Source: Pirellulales bacterium
Lineage (GTDB): Bacteria > Planctomycetota > Planctomycetia > Pirellulales > JADZDJ01
Direction: 5' to 3'
Assembly (NCBI GenBank): GCA_035499655.1
Contig: DATJYL010000112.1
Location: forward strand, 2,250 to 66,249
Length of the DNA stretch: 64,000 nt
Shown piece after piece: positions 54,832 through 63,724 of the stretch. A program made the translations under genes and the position numbers. Each line of letters starts with the position of its first letter. Within the stretch, counting starts at the first letter, position 1. Under the pieces are notes generated by a model that was not told the origin of the DNA, searched no databases, and saw nothing but the letters and a program-made list of their open reading frames with translations.

Positions 54832-56301
54832 TTAGCTTGTCAGCCACCGCGCCAGCCACGGCCGGGGTAAATCGGGCGACAGGATTTTCGTGGGGCGATT
54901 GAGGCGCAAAAGAACCGCTTCTGCGGCCAGATATCCGCTGCGCACGGCTCCTTCCATCGTGGCTGGCCAGCCAGTGGCAGTCCAATCGCCCGCCAAAAAC
55001 AAATTCGGCACCGCGGTTTGTTGGCGTGGACGTAAGTGTTCGCTACCCGGCAGCGGCGAAAACACCGCATGCTGCTGCGTAATGAGCCGCGCTTGCAGCA
55101 GCTTCGCCTGTGCTGCTTCCGGCAACACCTCGACCAGCTCTTGCCGCACTTGTGCGATAATTGCTTCGCGTGACTGCGAGGCCAGACCGCGCGAAGCGCT
55201 GATGACGATTTGAATATAATGCGCGTCCGCCGGCGGATCGTCAGCACCCGTCGAATTCGATTGCACGCCATGATTGAACACCCATTGGCTGGTGCGGCCC
55301 GGCAAAACCGCGTGCGGCAAATCAGTAATCGGCCGGTCAAACCACAGATGCACGGCGCTGATGGGGGCCGATTCCAAACCATCGGTCTGCTTTAATTCCG
55401 GCAGCGCGGCCCGCAGCCGGTCGGGCAATAATTCGCCCGCGCGCCGCCAGGGAACAGCCAACACGATATAGTCCACGGGCAGGCGCTGACCGTCGGCCAA
55501 CTCAATTTCGTTCACGCCCTGGCTAGCGCCGATGATTTGTTTTGCCGCGCATTCCAGTCGCAGCGTTATGCCATGTTCGCGCAGCCATTGTTCCAAACGC
55601 CGGCCGTAGAATTCGCCCAATGGCACACGGGGAATCTGCAGCTGGCAGGCTTGCCGCGAGGCGAGGAAGGCATCGACAAACACTTTTCGCACCGGCGGCA
55701 CGGCGGCGCGGTCCACCGTCTCGCTCAAGGCGCTAACGATGACAGGCGTCCAAAACAGATCAATCGCCCGCTGGGTTTGGCCGTGAGTCAGGAGCCAATG
55801 GCCAATCGTCGGTGAAGCCGCATCGTCTTTGATCGGCGTGCGTGCCAACTTTCGCAGCCCGGAAATAATGCCCAGCCTTTCTCGCCGAGAGAGATATTTC
55901 AACCGCAACAGCGACGGCAGCAAATGCAGCGGTGCGGGCAACCAGCGGCTGGGGGCGACATCGCAGCGGCGACCGTCTGGGCCAAAAAAATGGAGCGTTT
56001 GGTCGAGGCGGAGCAAATCGCTTAAGCCGGTTCGGCGGCAGAAATCGGTGAGATTTGTGCAGCAGCCGAGACTGACATGCTGGCAATGATCGACCCAGGC
56101 GTCGCTGGCCAAATCGCGGAACGATCCAGCCCGGCCGCCCAGTTGGCGACGTGCTTCGAACAGTGTGATGTTGAACTGGCCATCGGCCAACGCCACCGAC
56201 GCGGCCAAGCCCGCCAATCCTCCGCCGACGATGGCTACTCGCGGGGCACCCGAGCGTTCTGACGACGTGCGGTCAACTGCTTCGTGTTCTGCCCCGTTCA
56301 T
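54832..56301 (-). CDS. hpnE: Hydroxysqualene dehydroxylase HpnE (FAD-dependent)
   Basis: VAIVGGGLAGLAA, EARRQLGGRA, VDHCQHV, LAGDWTATGWPATMEGAVRSG; ATGA overlap with hpnD. Confidence 0.92.
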   Translation of the reverse strand: MNGAEHEAVDRTSSERSGAPRVAIVGGGLAGLAASVALADGQFNITLFEARRQLGGRAGSFRDLASDAWVDHCQHVSLGCCTNLTDFCRRTGLSDLLRLDQTLHFFGPDGRRCDVAPSRWLPAPLHLLPSLLRLKYLSRRERLGIISGLRKLARTPIKDDAASPTIGHWLLTHGQTQRAIDLFWTPVIVSALSETVDRAAVPPVRKVFVDAFLASRQACQLQIPRVPLGEFYGRRLEQWLREHGITLRLECAAKQIIGASQGVNEIELADGQRLPVDYIVLAVPWRRAGELLPDRLRAALPELKQTDGLESAPISAVHLWFDRPITDLPHAVLPGRTSQWVFNHGVQSNSTGADDPPADAHYIQIVISASRGLASQSREAIIAQVRQELVEVLPEAAQAKLLQARLITQQHAVFSPLPGSEHLRPRQQTAVPNLFLAGDWTATGWPATMEGAVRSGYLAAEAVLLRLNRPTKILSPDLPRPWLARWLTS

Positions 56302-57191
56302 GACGATACGGTTTCCCACTTCGATGCGGCGGATGGCGGTGTCGGTCGCGCCAGCAGTGCGCCGGCAGCGATGCGTGCTTTTTCCCACGGGCTAAGCCGA
56401 ATGCGGCGGCGGAACACGTCGGCGGGGCGGCGCTTAATTTTCGCCAGCACGGCGCGGTAGGTGGCCGTCATCGCGCGGAACACGCGCTGGCCGTCGCGCT
56501 GGAGCAAGGGTTCGAGTTCAGCGGCCGCGGCATAAAATTGTTCAGCCCGAGTGATTTCGAATTGCATGAGATTAAAAAACGGGGAGTTATCGTTGGAGCC
56601 GCGGAGTTGTTGGGCAGTGTAACCGAAGCGGTGCAAATCTTCCTGCGGCAAATAGAGGCGGCCGCGCTGGGAGTCTTCGCGGAGGTCGCGCAGAATATTC
56701 GTGAGCTGGAATGCCACGCCGCAGCGGCGGGCCGGCTCCAGCGCCGCCGGACTGCGAAACCCCCAGATGTGAATGCACGCCAATCCGACGACTGACGCCA
56801 CACAATAGCAGTATTGCTCCAAATCGGCGAAAGTTTCGTAACGGCGGCCGGCGAGGTCCATTTCGACGCCGTCGATGGCGGCGGTGAGATACTCCAACGG
56901 AATGCGGTAGCGAGCGGCGGTATCGACAAGCGCGGGAAGGATAAGATTGGCCGTGCAGTTGGAAGACGGCCGTTGCAGGCTTGCTCGTAATTCGATCAGT
57001 GCGGCGTGCCGGGCGGCAACGTCGCGGCGATCGTCGTCGGCCAGATCATCCACGTGGCGCAAATAGGCGTACAGGGCGCACATGGCCCGACGCTTGGCCC
57101 GCGGCAGCAGCAAAAACGAGTAATAAAAGTTCGAGGCAGACTTTCGCGCCAGCCGTTGGCAGAAGGCGTAACTGGCGGCAAGTGAGTTCAC
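56298..57191 (-). CDS. hpnD: Presqualene diphosphate synthase HpnD
   Basis: ASNFYYSF, YAYLRHVDDLADD, YCYCVASVVG, FQLTNILRDLRED, GRLYLPQED; GTGA overlap with hpnC. Confidence 0.9.
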   Translation of the reverse strand: MNSLAASYAFCQRLARKSASNFYYSFLLLPRAKRRAMCALYAYLRHVDDLADDDRRDVAARHAALIELRASLQRPSSNCTANLILPALVDTAARYRIPLEYLTAAIDGVEMDLAGRRYETFADLEQYCYCVASVVGLACIHIWGFRSPAALEPARRCGVAFQLTNILRDLREDSQRGRLYLPQEDLHRFGYTAQQLRGSNDNSPFFNLMQFEITRAEQFYAAAAELEPLLQRDGQRVFRAMTATYRAVLAKIKRRPADVFRRRIRLSPWEKARIAAGALLARPTPPSAASKWETVSS

Positions 57192-58135
57192 GGCCGCGCC
57201 TCCGACGATGGCGGATTTGCAATCCGCCGCCTTACAAGGCATGCGCCCAACAGCAGATTGAGCTTTTTCCACTTGCCTACTACCGGCCGGGTGTGCCACA
57301 CGTTGTAATCAAGTTTTCGAATGGCCTGCAAAATCGCCCGCCCGCCATCGATGAACAATTGCACGCTGATTCGCAAACTGGGCGGAACCTGCGCCACCAG
57401 CGGCTGGCCGGCGTCGAAGAACGCTTCTGCCCGCGCAACCTCGCCGGCTAGCAACTCGCGAAATTGCGGATTGAACTCGCCGCGGGCGAACATAGCTTCT
57501 GGGTAACCCGCGCGGCGACAACTTTCTTGCGGCAGGTAAATGCGGCCGATGCGGTAATCGCGGGCCACGTCTTGCCAAAAATTCGCCAGTTGCAGGCCGG
57601 TGCAAATAGAATCGGCTAGCAGGCCGCGGGACTCGTCGTGGCAGCGGCCCAAATACAGCACCAGCCGGCCCACGGGATTGGCGGAATTGCGGCAGTAAGC
57701 CAGCAGATCGTCAAAAGTTTCGTATCGCGTGCAAGTTTGATCTTGCTTGAAGGCGATCAGCAAACTGCGAAACGGCTCAATGGGAATTTCAAACCCGCGA
57801 ATAGTTTCCGCCAAGGCCACGAACACGGGATGGCTGGCCACGCCGCGATAACAATCGTCGAGTTGCGATTGCCACCAATCCAGCAGCAGCAAACTTTGCT
57901 GGCCGCCAGCGGTTTCATCGGCCAGGTCGTCCGACCAGCGGCAATAGGCGTAGATATTGCAAAAATGTTGGCGCAGTTGCGCCGGCAACAACCAACTGGC
58001 GACCGTGAAGTTTTCGTAATGACATCGGGCCAAGCGGCGGCAATACGTTTGCGCTGCGGCCAACGTGGGACACGGCTGCGCAGCGGGGCCCGGTCCGTAA
58101 AGCGCAAGTTCGTCAGGGAACGAAATTTGAGACAT
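57188..58135 (-). CDS. hpnC: Squalene synthase HpnC
   Basis: HYENFTVASWLLP, YAYCRWSDDLADE, YCRNSANPVGRL, LQLANFWQD. Confidence 0.95.
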   Translation of the reverse strand: MSQISFPDELALYGPGPAAQPCPTLAAAQTYCRRLARCHYENFTVASWLLPAQLRQHFCNIYAYCRWSDDLADETAGGQQSLLLLDWWQSQLDDCYRGVASHPVFVALAETIRGFEIPIEPFRSLLIAFKQDQTCTRYETFDDLLAYCRNSANPVGRLVLYLGRCHDESRGLLADSICTGLQLANFWQDVARDYRIGRIYLPQESCRRAGYPEAMFARGEFNPQFRELLAGEVARAEAFFDAGQPLVAQVPPSLRISVQLFIDGGRAILQAIRKLDYNVWHTRPVVGKWKKLNLLLGACLVRRRIANPPSSEARP

Positions 58136-58248
58136 GCTGCGTGCTAGCGGTTTGCCGAAACTGCCTATCCGGGAAGTGGGCGGCACATTATGATAACGCA
58201 TAGCGGCGTGGGAAGCATCGTTGTTCCAGACGAAAGAATCGTCATCTG

Positions 58249-59190
58249 ATGAAAATTATTCTGGCCAGTCCGCGCGGGTTTTGTGCGGGCGTGAACATGG
58301 CGATCGACACGTTGGAAAAATCGCTGGGCATTTTTGGCGCGCCGGTGTACGTCTATCATGAAATTGTGCACAACAAGCACGTCGTGGAGCGGTTTCGCGC
58401 GGAAGGGGCCGTCTTCGTGGACGATTTGCACGAAGTGCCCGAGGGGGCGAATTTGCTGTTTTCGGCCCACGGTGTCTCGCCGGAAGTGCGGCGTGTGGCT
58501 CAGGAGCGGCGGCTGAATACCATCGACGCCACGTGCCCGCTAGTGACCAAAGTGCATTTGGAAGCGGTGCGGTATGCGAAGCAAGGTTACAAAATCATCT
58601 TGGTGGGCCATGCCGGGCATGACGAAGTGATCGGCACTATGGGGGAAGCGCCCGATGCGTTTTATTTGGTTGGGACGGCCGAGGAGGTCGACGGATTGGA
58701 ATTTCCATCCAAAACCAAGCTGGCGTATCTCACGCAAACAACGCTCTCGGTCGACGACGCCAACCGCATCATTAAGCGGCTGAAGGAAAAGTTCCCGCAC
58801 ATCATTGGGCCGCCCAAGGAAGATATTTGCTACGCCACACAGAACCGGCAGGAGGCAGTGCGGCAGTTATCGTCCGAGGCCAACGTAGTGCTGGTAATTG
58901 GCAGCCAGAACAGCTCCAACAGCTTGCGGCTGGCGGAGCTGGCGTCCGAAACCGGCACGCCCGCTTATTTGATCGACGGCCCGCCGGACATCGAATTATC
59001 CTGGTTCCAGCCGGACTCGACGGTGCTCATTACCGCCGGCGCCAGCGCGCCGGAAACGGTGGTGCAGCAGTGCATCGAATTACTGAAACGGCACTTCGGC
59101 GCCACGGTGGAAGAACGCACGCTGCGCGAGGAGCAAGTGTTCTTTGCGCTACCGAAAGAATTGCGCGTACTGACGGGCGTAGAAAGATAA
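58249..59190 (+). CDS. ispH: 4-hydroxy-3-methylbut-2-enyl diphosphate reductase IspH
   Basis: PRGFCAGV, EIVHN, FSAHGV, DATCPLV, QTTLS, ICYATQNRQ, NSSNS, TAGASAPE. Confidence 0.98.
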   Translation: MKIILASPRGFCAGVNMAIDTLEKSLGIFGAPVYVYHEIVHNKHVVERFRAEGAVFVDDLHEVPEGANLLFSAHGVSPEVRRVAQERRLNTIDATCPLVTKVHLEAVRYAKQGYKIILVGHAGHDEVIGTMGEAPDAFYLVGTAEEVDGLEFPSKTKLAYLTQTTLSVDDANRIIKRLKEKFPHIIGPPKEDICYATQNRQEAVRQLSSEANVVLVIGSQNSSNSLRLAELASETGTPAYLIDGPPDIELSWFQPDSTVLITAGASAPETVVQQCIELLKRHFGATVEERTLREEQVFFALPKELRVLTGVER

Positions 59191-59242
59191 TGACCAATGA
59201 CCAAGTCGCAATGACCAGAAAATCATTGGTCATTGGTGCTTG
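59189..59242. repeat. Inverted AATGACC-type heptamer arms after ispH
   Basis: aatgacc aatgacc aagtcgc aatgacc [agaaaa] tcattgg tcattgg tgcttg. Confidence 0.9.
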
Positions 59243-59258
59243 TTGATTCGGGCTTTTC

Positions 59259-59696
59259 TTACCCGTGGATGTAGCTTTTCAGGTAATGGTTTTCCATCGT
59301 CAGTTGGTCATGCTGGTGTTTGACCAAGTCGCCGATGGACACAATGCCTGCCAGTTTTCCTTCGTCGTCGATGACCGGCAAGTGACGAATGCGGCGGTCG
59401 GTCATCACGCCCATGGCGTCTTGCACGCTGTCGTTGGGCGAGCAAGTGGCTAAATCAGCCGTCATTACGTCTTCCACACGAAGTTGCTCCAGCGGAGCCC
59501 GATGGATGGCGCAGGCTTTAAGGATATCGCGCTCGGTGATAATGCCCAGCAAGTGGCTGCAATCGTTTTCCTCGCAGACCACGAGTGAACCGCAATTGTT
59601 TTTGACCAGCTTTTGCACGACGTCGGCCAGCGTAGCATGGGGCGAAATGCTTAACACGCGGGAGCCTTTGTGCTGCAGAATTTGCGCAAGCGACAT
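59259..59696 (-). CDS. CBS-domain-pair protein
   Basis: LLGIITERDIL, RIRHLPVID..GKLAGIVSIGDLVK; start trimmed to ATG 59696. Confidence 0.92.
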   Translation of the reverse strand: MSLAQILQHKGSRVLSISPHATLADVVQKLVKNNCGSLVVCEENDCSHLLGIITERDILKACAIHRAPLEQLRVEDVMTADLATCSPNDSVQDAMGVMTDRRIRHLPVIDDEGKLAGIVSIGDLVKHQHDQLTMENHYLKSYIHG

Positions 59697-59914
59697 AACA
59701 ATTCCTCGCTTTCCTGACCCAGATAAGAAATGCTGACCAGAAATGGCAGCCTCTTCTTTCAGCGCAGCCATGTTGAGTTGCCGCGCGCCGCTCCCATTAC
59801 AAGCATAGAAGGAAAAGGAGCGGGCAGTCAAAGCGATTTTTTTGAAAATGGAAGTTTGTAGATGCAGGAATTGGAATGCGCTGAGACTGTGAAAAAAATC
59901 ACGAACGGGAAGAG

Positions 59915-60013
59915 AATGACCAATGACCAAATCCCAATGACCAATATGCGGTTCAATCCAGCTAGGGCATTGCCGCTTAATCATTGGTCATTGGTGCTTG
60001 GGCATTGGTCATT
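59915..60013. repeat. Inverted AATGACC-type heptamer arms with a ~35-bp spacer
   Basis: aatgacc aatgacc aaatccc aatgacc aat ... tcattgg tcattgg tgcttgg gcattgg tcatt; the right arm shares 27 identical bp with 38792-38818. Confidence 0.92.
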
Positions 60014-60392
60014 GTGTTGTGCGGATCACCAATCGCACATCACCAATGGGGCTTCCCAGTGGTTCTTCAGGATCGATAATATAAACCGATGCAGATGGCG
60101 GCGGCTGCGCAACCGCAGAGTGCGGATCGACCGACACCATCAGCTCATTGGCGGGCTTTAGCAGCGGGGTAATGTCGGCCGAAAAGAATTGCCCCGGTTC
60201 AAGCCGGCCCAAATTCGTGCCGTTTAGCGAAATTTCGCCCAAAAAAATCCCCCGATCTACTTCCAGCGACACCCGCTCCCAGGTGTCCAAGCCCGTGGGG
60301 CATTTGAATCGCCGGCGATATGCCACTCGCCCCGGCGAGGCGTCAGGCAACTCTTCCCACGGCTGCCGCAGGCGAATCGGGTGGGGAATCAT
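60009..60392 (-). CDS. Small protein resembling the galactose-binding/sugar-binding module of GH2 enzymes
   Basis: IRLRQPW..VAYRRRFKCPTGL..EISLNGTNLG..DITPLLKPANELMV; stop TGA lies inside a repeat arm. Confidence 0.65.
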   Translation of the reverse strand: MIPHPIRLRQPWEELPDASPGRVAYRRRFKCPTGLDTWERVSLEVDRGIFLGEISLNGTNLGRLEPGQFFSADITPLLKPANELMVSVDPHSAVAQPPPSASVYIIDPEEPLGSPIGDVRLVIRTTQ

Positions 60393-60406
60393 GGGGAAGA
60401 CGGGAG

Positions 60407-60531
60407 GATGAAGGCAGAAGGCGGAAGGCGGAAGGGGGAACCCGGATAAGGCAGACGCAGGATTGAGGTGAAACACCTGGACGAAAACAGAACGCTATGC
60501 GTTTTACATTCTGCTTTCTGCCTTCTGCCTT
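60407..60531. repeat. Inverted GCAGAAG/GCGGAAG-type heptamer arms with a ~70-bp spacer
   Basis: gatgaag gcagaag gcggaag gcggaag ... ttctgct ttctgcc ttctgcc. Confidence 0.85.
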
Positions 60532-60533
60532 TT

Positions 60534-62201
60534 CTACTGCGGCACGAACGATTCGACCACACTAATTTCGTGTGTCTGGCGGCTGTCAGGCTCGTAGCAA
60601 CGGATGGTCACTTTGACGCCCCGCAGCGCAACAGGGTAGGGGGGCGAAGTTTCTGTGTTGTTGGCAAAATCTTGGAAGCCGGAGGCCGCCTGGTCGACGA
60701 CGCCATTGCCGTCTTGATCCAGGCCATCGTGTTCGTAATAAGTCGACCAGGTGTCGAATGTGGCGGGCGTGTAGCCATACAATCCATAATCAGGCAGATT
60801 GCTGGTTAAATGATCGTCGAAGAGCCAGTTCTTGGTAAAGTCGGTCGGCGCTGCCGGTCCAGCGGATGGACTCGCGGCCACTAATTGCGACTTGGGATAT
60901 CCGGTGGAGTAGAACGGGCTCATATTCTGCGTGCTGCAATCGGCCAGCGCCAAAAGCGGAATGGAGCCGTTGTTGACGCCCGCCACATTCTTCCCGCATG
61001 GTCCCACGGCATTCGCTGTCGTCGTTGTGGCGAGAGTAATGTACGAGCTATACAAATTGTTGGTTGCCGCCCAATTCAAATCGACAAAGGCGCCCGCGGC
61101 ATCTGCAGTCGGATAAATATACAAGGACACTGGCGATATGGGCGTCGTCTTCAACTGCCCTGGTATTTTGGTAAACCCAAAATCGCCTGGCGCCACCGTT
61201 ACCTGACTGGGCGATGTGCCCTGCAAATACACCGGCGCAGTGGGGTCCCACACTTGCACATCGAACGAAATGACATTTGTCAGCACGACATCTTGCCCAA
61301 AGCGGGCATTGCTTGTGTCAACGGTGTAAGTGCCGTTCGACAAACTGCCGCCTAGCGGAACCAAATAAGGCGGATAAACACGGTGCGGAAAACCGTTCGA
61401 CGAAGCCGCGTTATTAACAAACGCATGGCCGAAGCGGCATTCGCGGTTCGTCAAATCGCCCAGGGTGTTGGCCACGGCGACGGGCGTGCCTGTGGATTCG
61501 TCGATGTGGGCTGAAATATCGTTGTTTTGATAGAACGTGCTCACGGGCATTTGCAGGCCGGCGGTTGTCGTCGGCGCGGCGCCGGTCAGCACGGTTTGAT
61601 TGCCCTGATAGGTCGGCATCACCAAAAACACGCGGCGGTACAGCGTGAACATCGGCGGGTTGACTGGCGTGACGCCGTCGGACAGGAGCGTTGGCCGGAG
61701 GAACCAGACCACTTCGGCGACTTGCGATTGCACGGTTTGCGTTTTGCCGGTGGTGTCGGTATATAGTCCAGTAAATGGCACATCCTTGCTACGGACGGTG
61801 AACATTAGCACGTCGTCGGTGTCGCCCATCGGGTAGACGGTGTTCGGCGTGGCGGTGGTATCGGTCAGGTTGTAGGTGGCCGAGGCGGAATAGCCGGTGA
61901 GGCCCGGGTTCTGATCGCTGAGCGGGCCTTCGATAATTTCAAAATATCCGCCCCCGGCCGCCGGATCTTGCCAGGGAAGCATGTTGCACGTGTGGCCGGC
62001 TAAATCGGTCCGCAACCGCCCGGCCGCGCTTTGCATGCGGTTGGTCAGCTCGATCATCGAGCGGGCATCGCCGATGCGGCCGCCGACGTCGCTAAACAAC
62101 TGCGTGTAAGCGAACATCAGCAAAATGACGCACACCAGCGAAATCAGCATTTCGACCAGCGTAAGGCCCTGACGACAACGGTGGCTTCGTTGTACTGGCA
62201 T
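60534..62201 (-). CDS. Large prepilin-type (type IV pilin / pseudopilin) protein
   Basis: Class III signal RQG|LTLVEMLISLVCVILL with E5; long T/N/P-rich beta-type body; start uncertain (62201 or 62249). Confidence 0.85.
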   Translation of the reverse strand: MPVQRSHRCRQGLTLVEMLISLVCVILLMFAYTQLFSDVGGRIGDARSMIELTNRMQSAAGRLRTDLAGHTCNMLPWQDPAAGGGYFEIIEGPLSDQNPGLTGYSASATYNLTDTTATPNTVYPMGDTDDVLMFTVRSKDVPFTGLYTDTTGKTQTVQSQVAEVVWFLRPTLLSDGVTPVNPPMFTLYRRVFLVMPTYQGNQTVLTGAAPTTTAGLQMPVSTFYQNNDISAHIDESTGTPVAVANTLGDLTNRECRFGHAFVNNAASSNGFPHRVYPPYLVPLGGSLSNGTYTVDTSNARFGQDVVLTNVISFDVQVWDPTAPVYLQGTSPSQVTVAPGDFGFTKIPGQLKTTPISPVSLYIYPTADAAGAFVDLNWAATNNLYSSYITLATTTTANAVGPCGKNVAGVNNGSIPLLALADCSTQNMSPFYSTGYPKSQLVAASPSAGPAAPTDFTKNWLFDDHLTSNLPDYGLYGYTPATFDTWSTYYEHDGLDQDGNGVVDQAASGFQDFANNTETSPPYPVALRGVKVTIRCYEPDSRQTHEISVVESFVPQ

Positions 62202-62366
62202 GGCGCGCAGAAAGCGGGCAAGGAAATTTGCGGGGGGGCAAGTGTGCATCGCTTCTCCAATCCGGCGGACCATAAGCCCCTATTGAATGGCCGAAAGTTC
62301 CGATTCATGGCCGCGTGCTGCCCTAGATCAATTCCACACCGAATCACGGCAAAAGTCAAGCAGGAA

Positions 62367-62433
62367 AGGGTTCAGGGTGTAGGACACAGGGGGCAGGGAA
62401 ACCCCGCAACCATTCGCCGAACCCTGAACCCTA
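62367..62433. repeat. Inverted AGGGTTC-type heptamer arms
   Basis: agggttc agggtgt aggacac agggggc ... gaaccct gaaccct. Confidence 0.7.
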
Positions 62434-62435
62434 AT

Positions 62436-62597
62436 CTATTGCCCGGCGGCCGGCGCCGGCTGCGTGGGCCGATTGGCCGGGACATTCGGAATTGGCCCGC
62501 CTGGATCGCCTTTCAATTGGAACCAGACGAGGGCCGCAACCGCCAATACGACCAGTGCAAAAAACCAATGCCGATGTTTGTGCAGAAAATGATACAT
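62436..62597 (-). CDS. Putative 53-aa single-TM small protein
   Basis: MYHFLHKHRH-WFFALVVLAVAALVWF-QLKGDPGG + Pro-rich tail; co-directional with terC and the pilin gene. Confidence 0.45.
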   Translation of the reverse strand: MYHFLHKHRHWFFALVVLAVAALVWFQLKGDPGGPIPNVPANRPTQPAPAAGQ

Positions 62598-62643
62598 GGG
62601 GTCCAGTGTGGATTGATGAGGGTGGTGAGACGGATTACATCTG

Positions 62644-62722
62644 AATGACCAATGTCCAAGCACCAATGACCAATCTGAAAATGCATCGCGCATTGGTCAT
62701 TGTGGCTTTGTCATTGGTCATT
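62644..62722. repeat. Inverted AATGACC-type heptamer arms overlapping the terC stop
   Basis: aatgacc aatgtcc aagcacc aatgacc aat ... gcattgg tcattgt ggctttg tcattgg tcatt. Confidence 0.9.
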
Positions 62723-63724
62723 TACCGCTTTCGGCTTTCCGACCGCCAGCGAAGCCACGATGGCAATTCCCAGCAGGGCGGCGATGACGGCCAACGAAAT
62801 CCAAGGATAATCTTTGAACAAGTGTAGATCAAAAAAATACTCGGCCATCATCTTGCCGCCGACAAAAATCAACACCGCCGCCAGGCCGTAATGCAAATAG
62901 CGGAACAGGCCCATCACGCCGGCCAGCAAAAAGTATAACGCCCGCAGGCCCAAAATGGCGAAAATGTTCGAAGTGAACACAATGAACGGATCGCGCGTCA
63001 CGCCGAAAATGGCCGGTACGCTGTCGACGGCAAACAGCACGTCGGTGCTTTCCACCACCAGCAGCACCAAAAACAGCGGGGTGATGCAGCGGCGGCTGTT
63101 CTCGCGCACAAAAAAACGGTTGCCGTGCGAACCACCGGCCACGGGCAAAAATCGCCGGGCTAACCGCATTATCAGATTGTTTTCCGGATGCGTCTCTTCG
63201 TGCTTCAAGGCCAACCGCAGCCCGGTGATAATCAACAGGCCACCGAATACCAGCAGCATCCATTCGAAGTATTCCAGCAAGGCGGCGCCCACCAGGATGA
63301 ATGCCAGACGCATGAAAATCGCGCCCAAAATGCCCCAAAACAACACTCGATATTGATACTCCAGCGGTATCTGAAAAAACGTGAAGATGACGGCAAACAC
63401 AAACACGTTATCCATCGACAGCGACCATTCGACGAGATAACCGGTCAGGAATTGCACGGCCGCGGTTGAGCCGCCCCAGCGCCACACCAAACCGTTGAAG
63501 GCCAACGCCAATGCCGTCCACACGGCGGTCCAAAAAGCGCTTTCTTTCAGCGTCGGTTCCCGCGAGTGGCGATGAAACACCCCCAAATCCAGCGCCAGCA
63601 TCACCGCCACAAACACGCCAAACGCCACCCAATGCCACCACTGGGCCTGAATGCCGGAGGGGAGTGCGGCGGCGGTTTGCTCGGCCAACAGACGACCGAT
63701 CGAAATTTGAAACGCAGCGTGCAT
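62711..63724 (-). CDS. TerC/Alx family integral membrane protein
   Basis: FLTGYLVEWSLSMDNVFVF, QYRVLFWGILGAIFMR, VESTDVLFAVDSVPAIFG, SNIFAILGLRALYF. Confidence 0.95.
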   Translation of the reverse strand: MHAAFQISIGRLLAEQTAAALPSGIQAQWWHWVAFGVFVAVMLALDLGVFHRHSREPTLKESAFWTAVWTALALAFNGLVWRWGGSTAAVQFLTGYLVEWSLSMDNVFVFAVIFTFFQIPLEYQYRVLFWGILGAIFMRLAFILVGAALLEYFEWMLLVFGGLLIITGLRLALKHEETHPENNLIMRLARRFLPVAGGSHGNRFFVRENSRRCITPLFLVLLVVESTDVLFAVDSVPAIFGVTRDPFIVFTSNIFAILGLRALYFLLAGVMGLFRYLHYGLAAVLIFVGGKMMAEYFFDLHLFKDYPWISLAVIAALLGIAIVASLAVGKPKAVNDQ

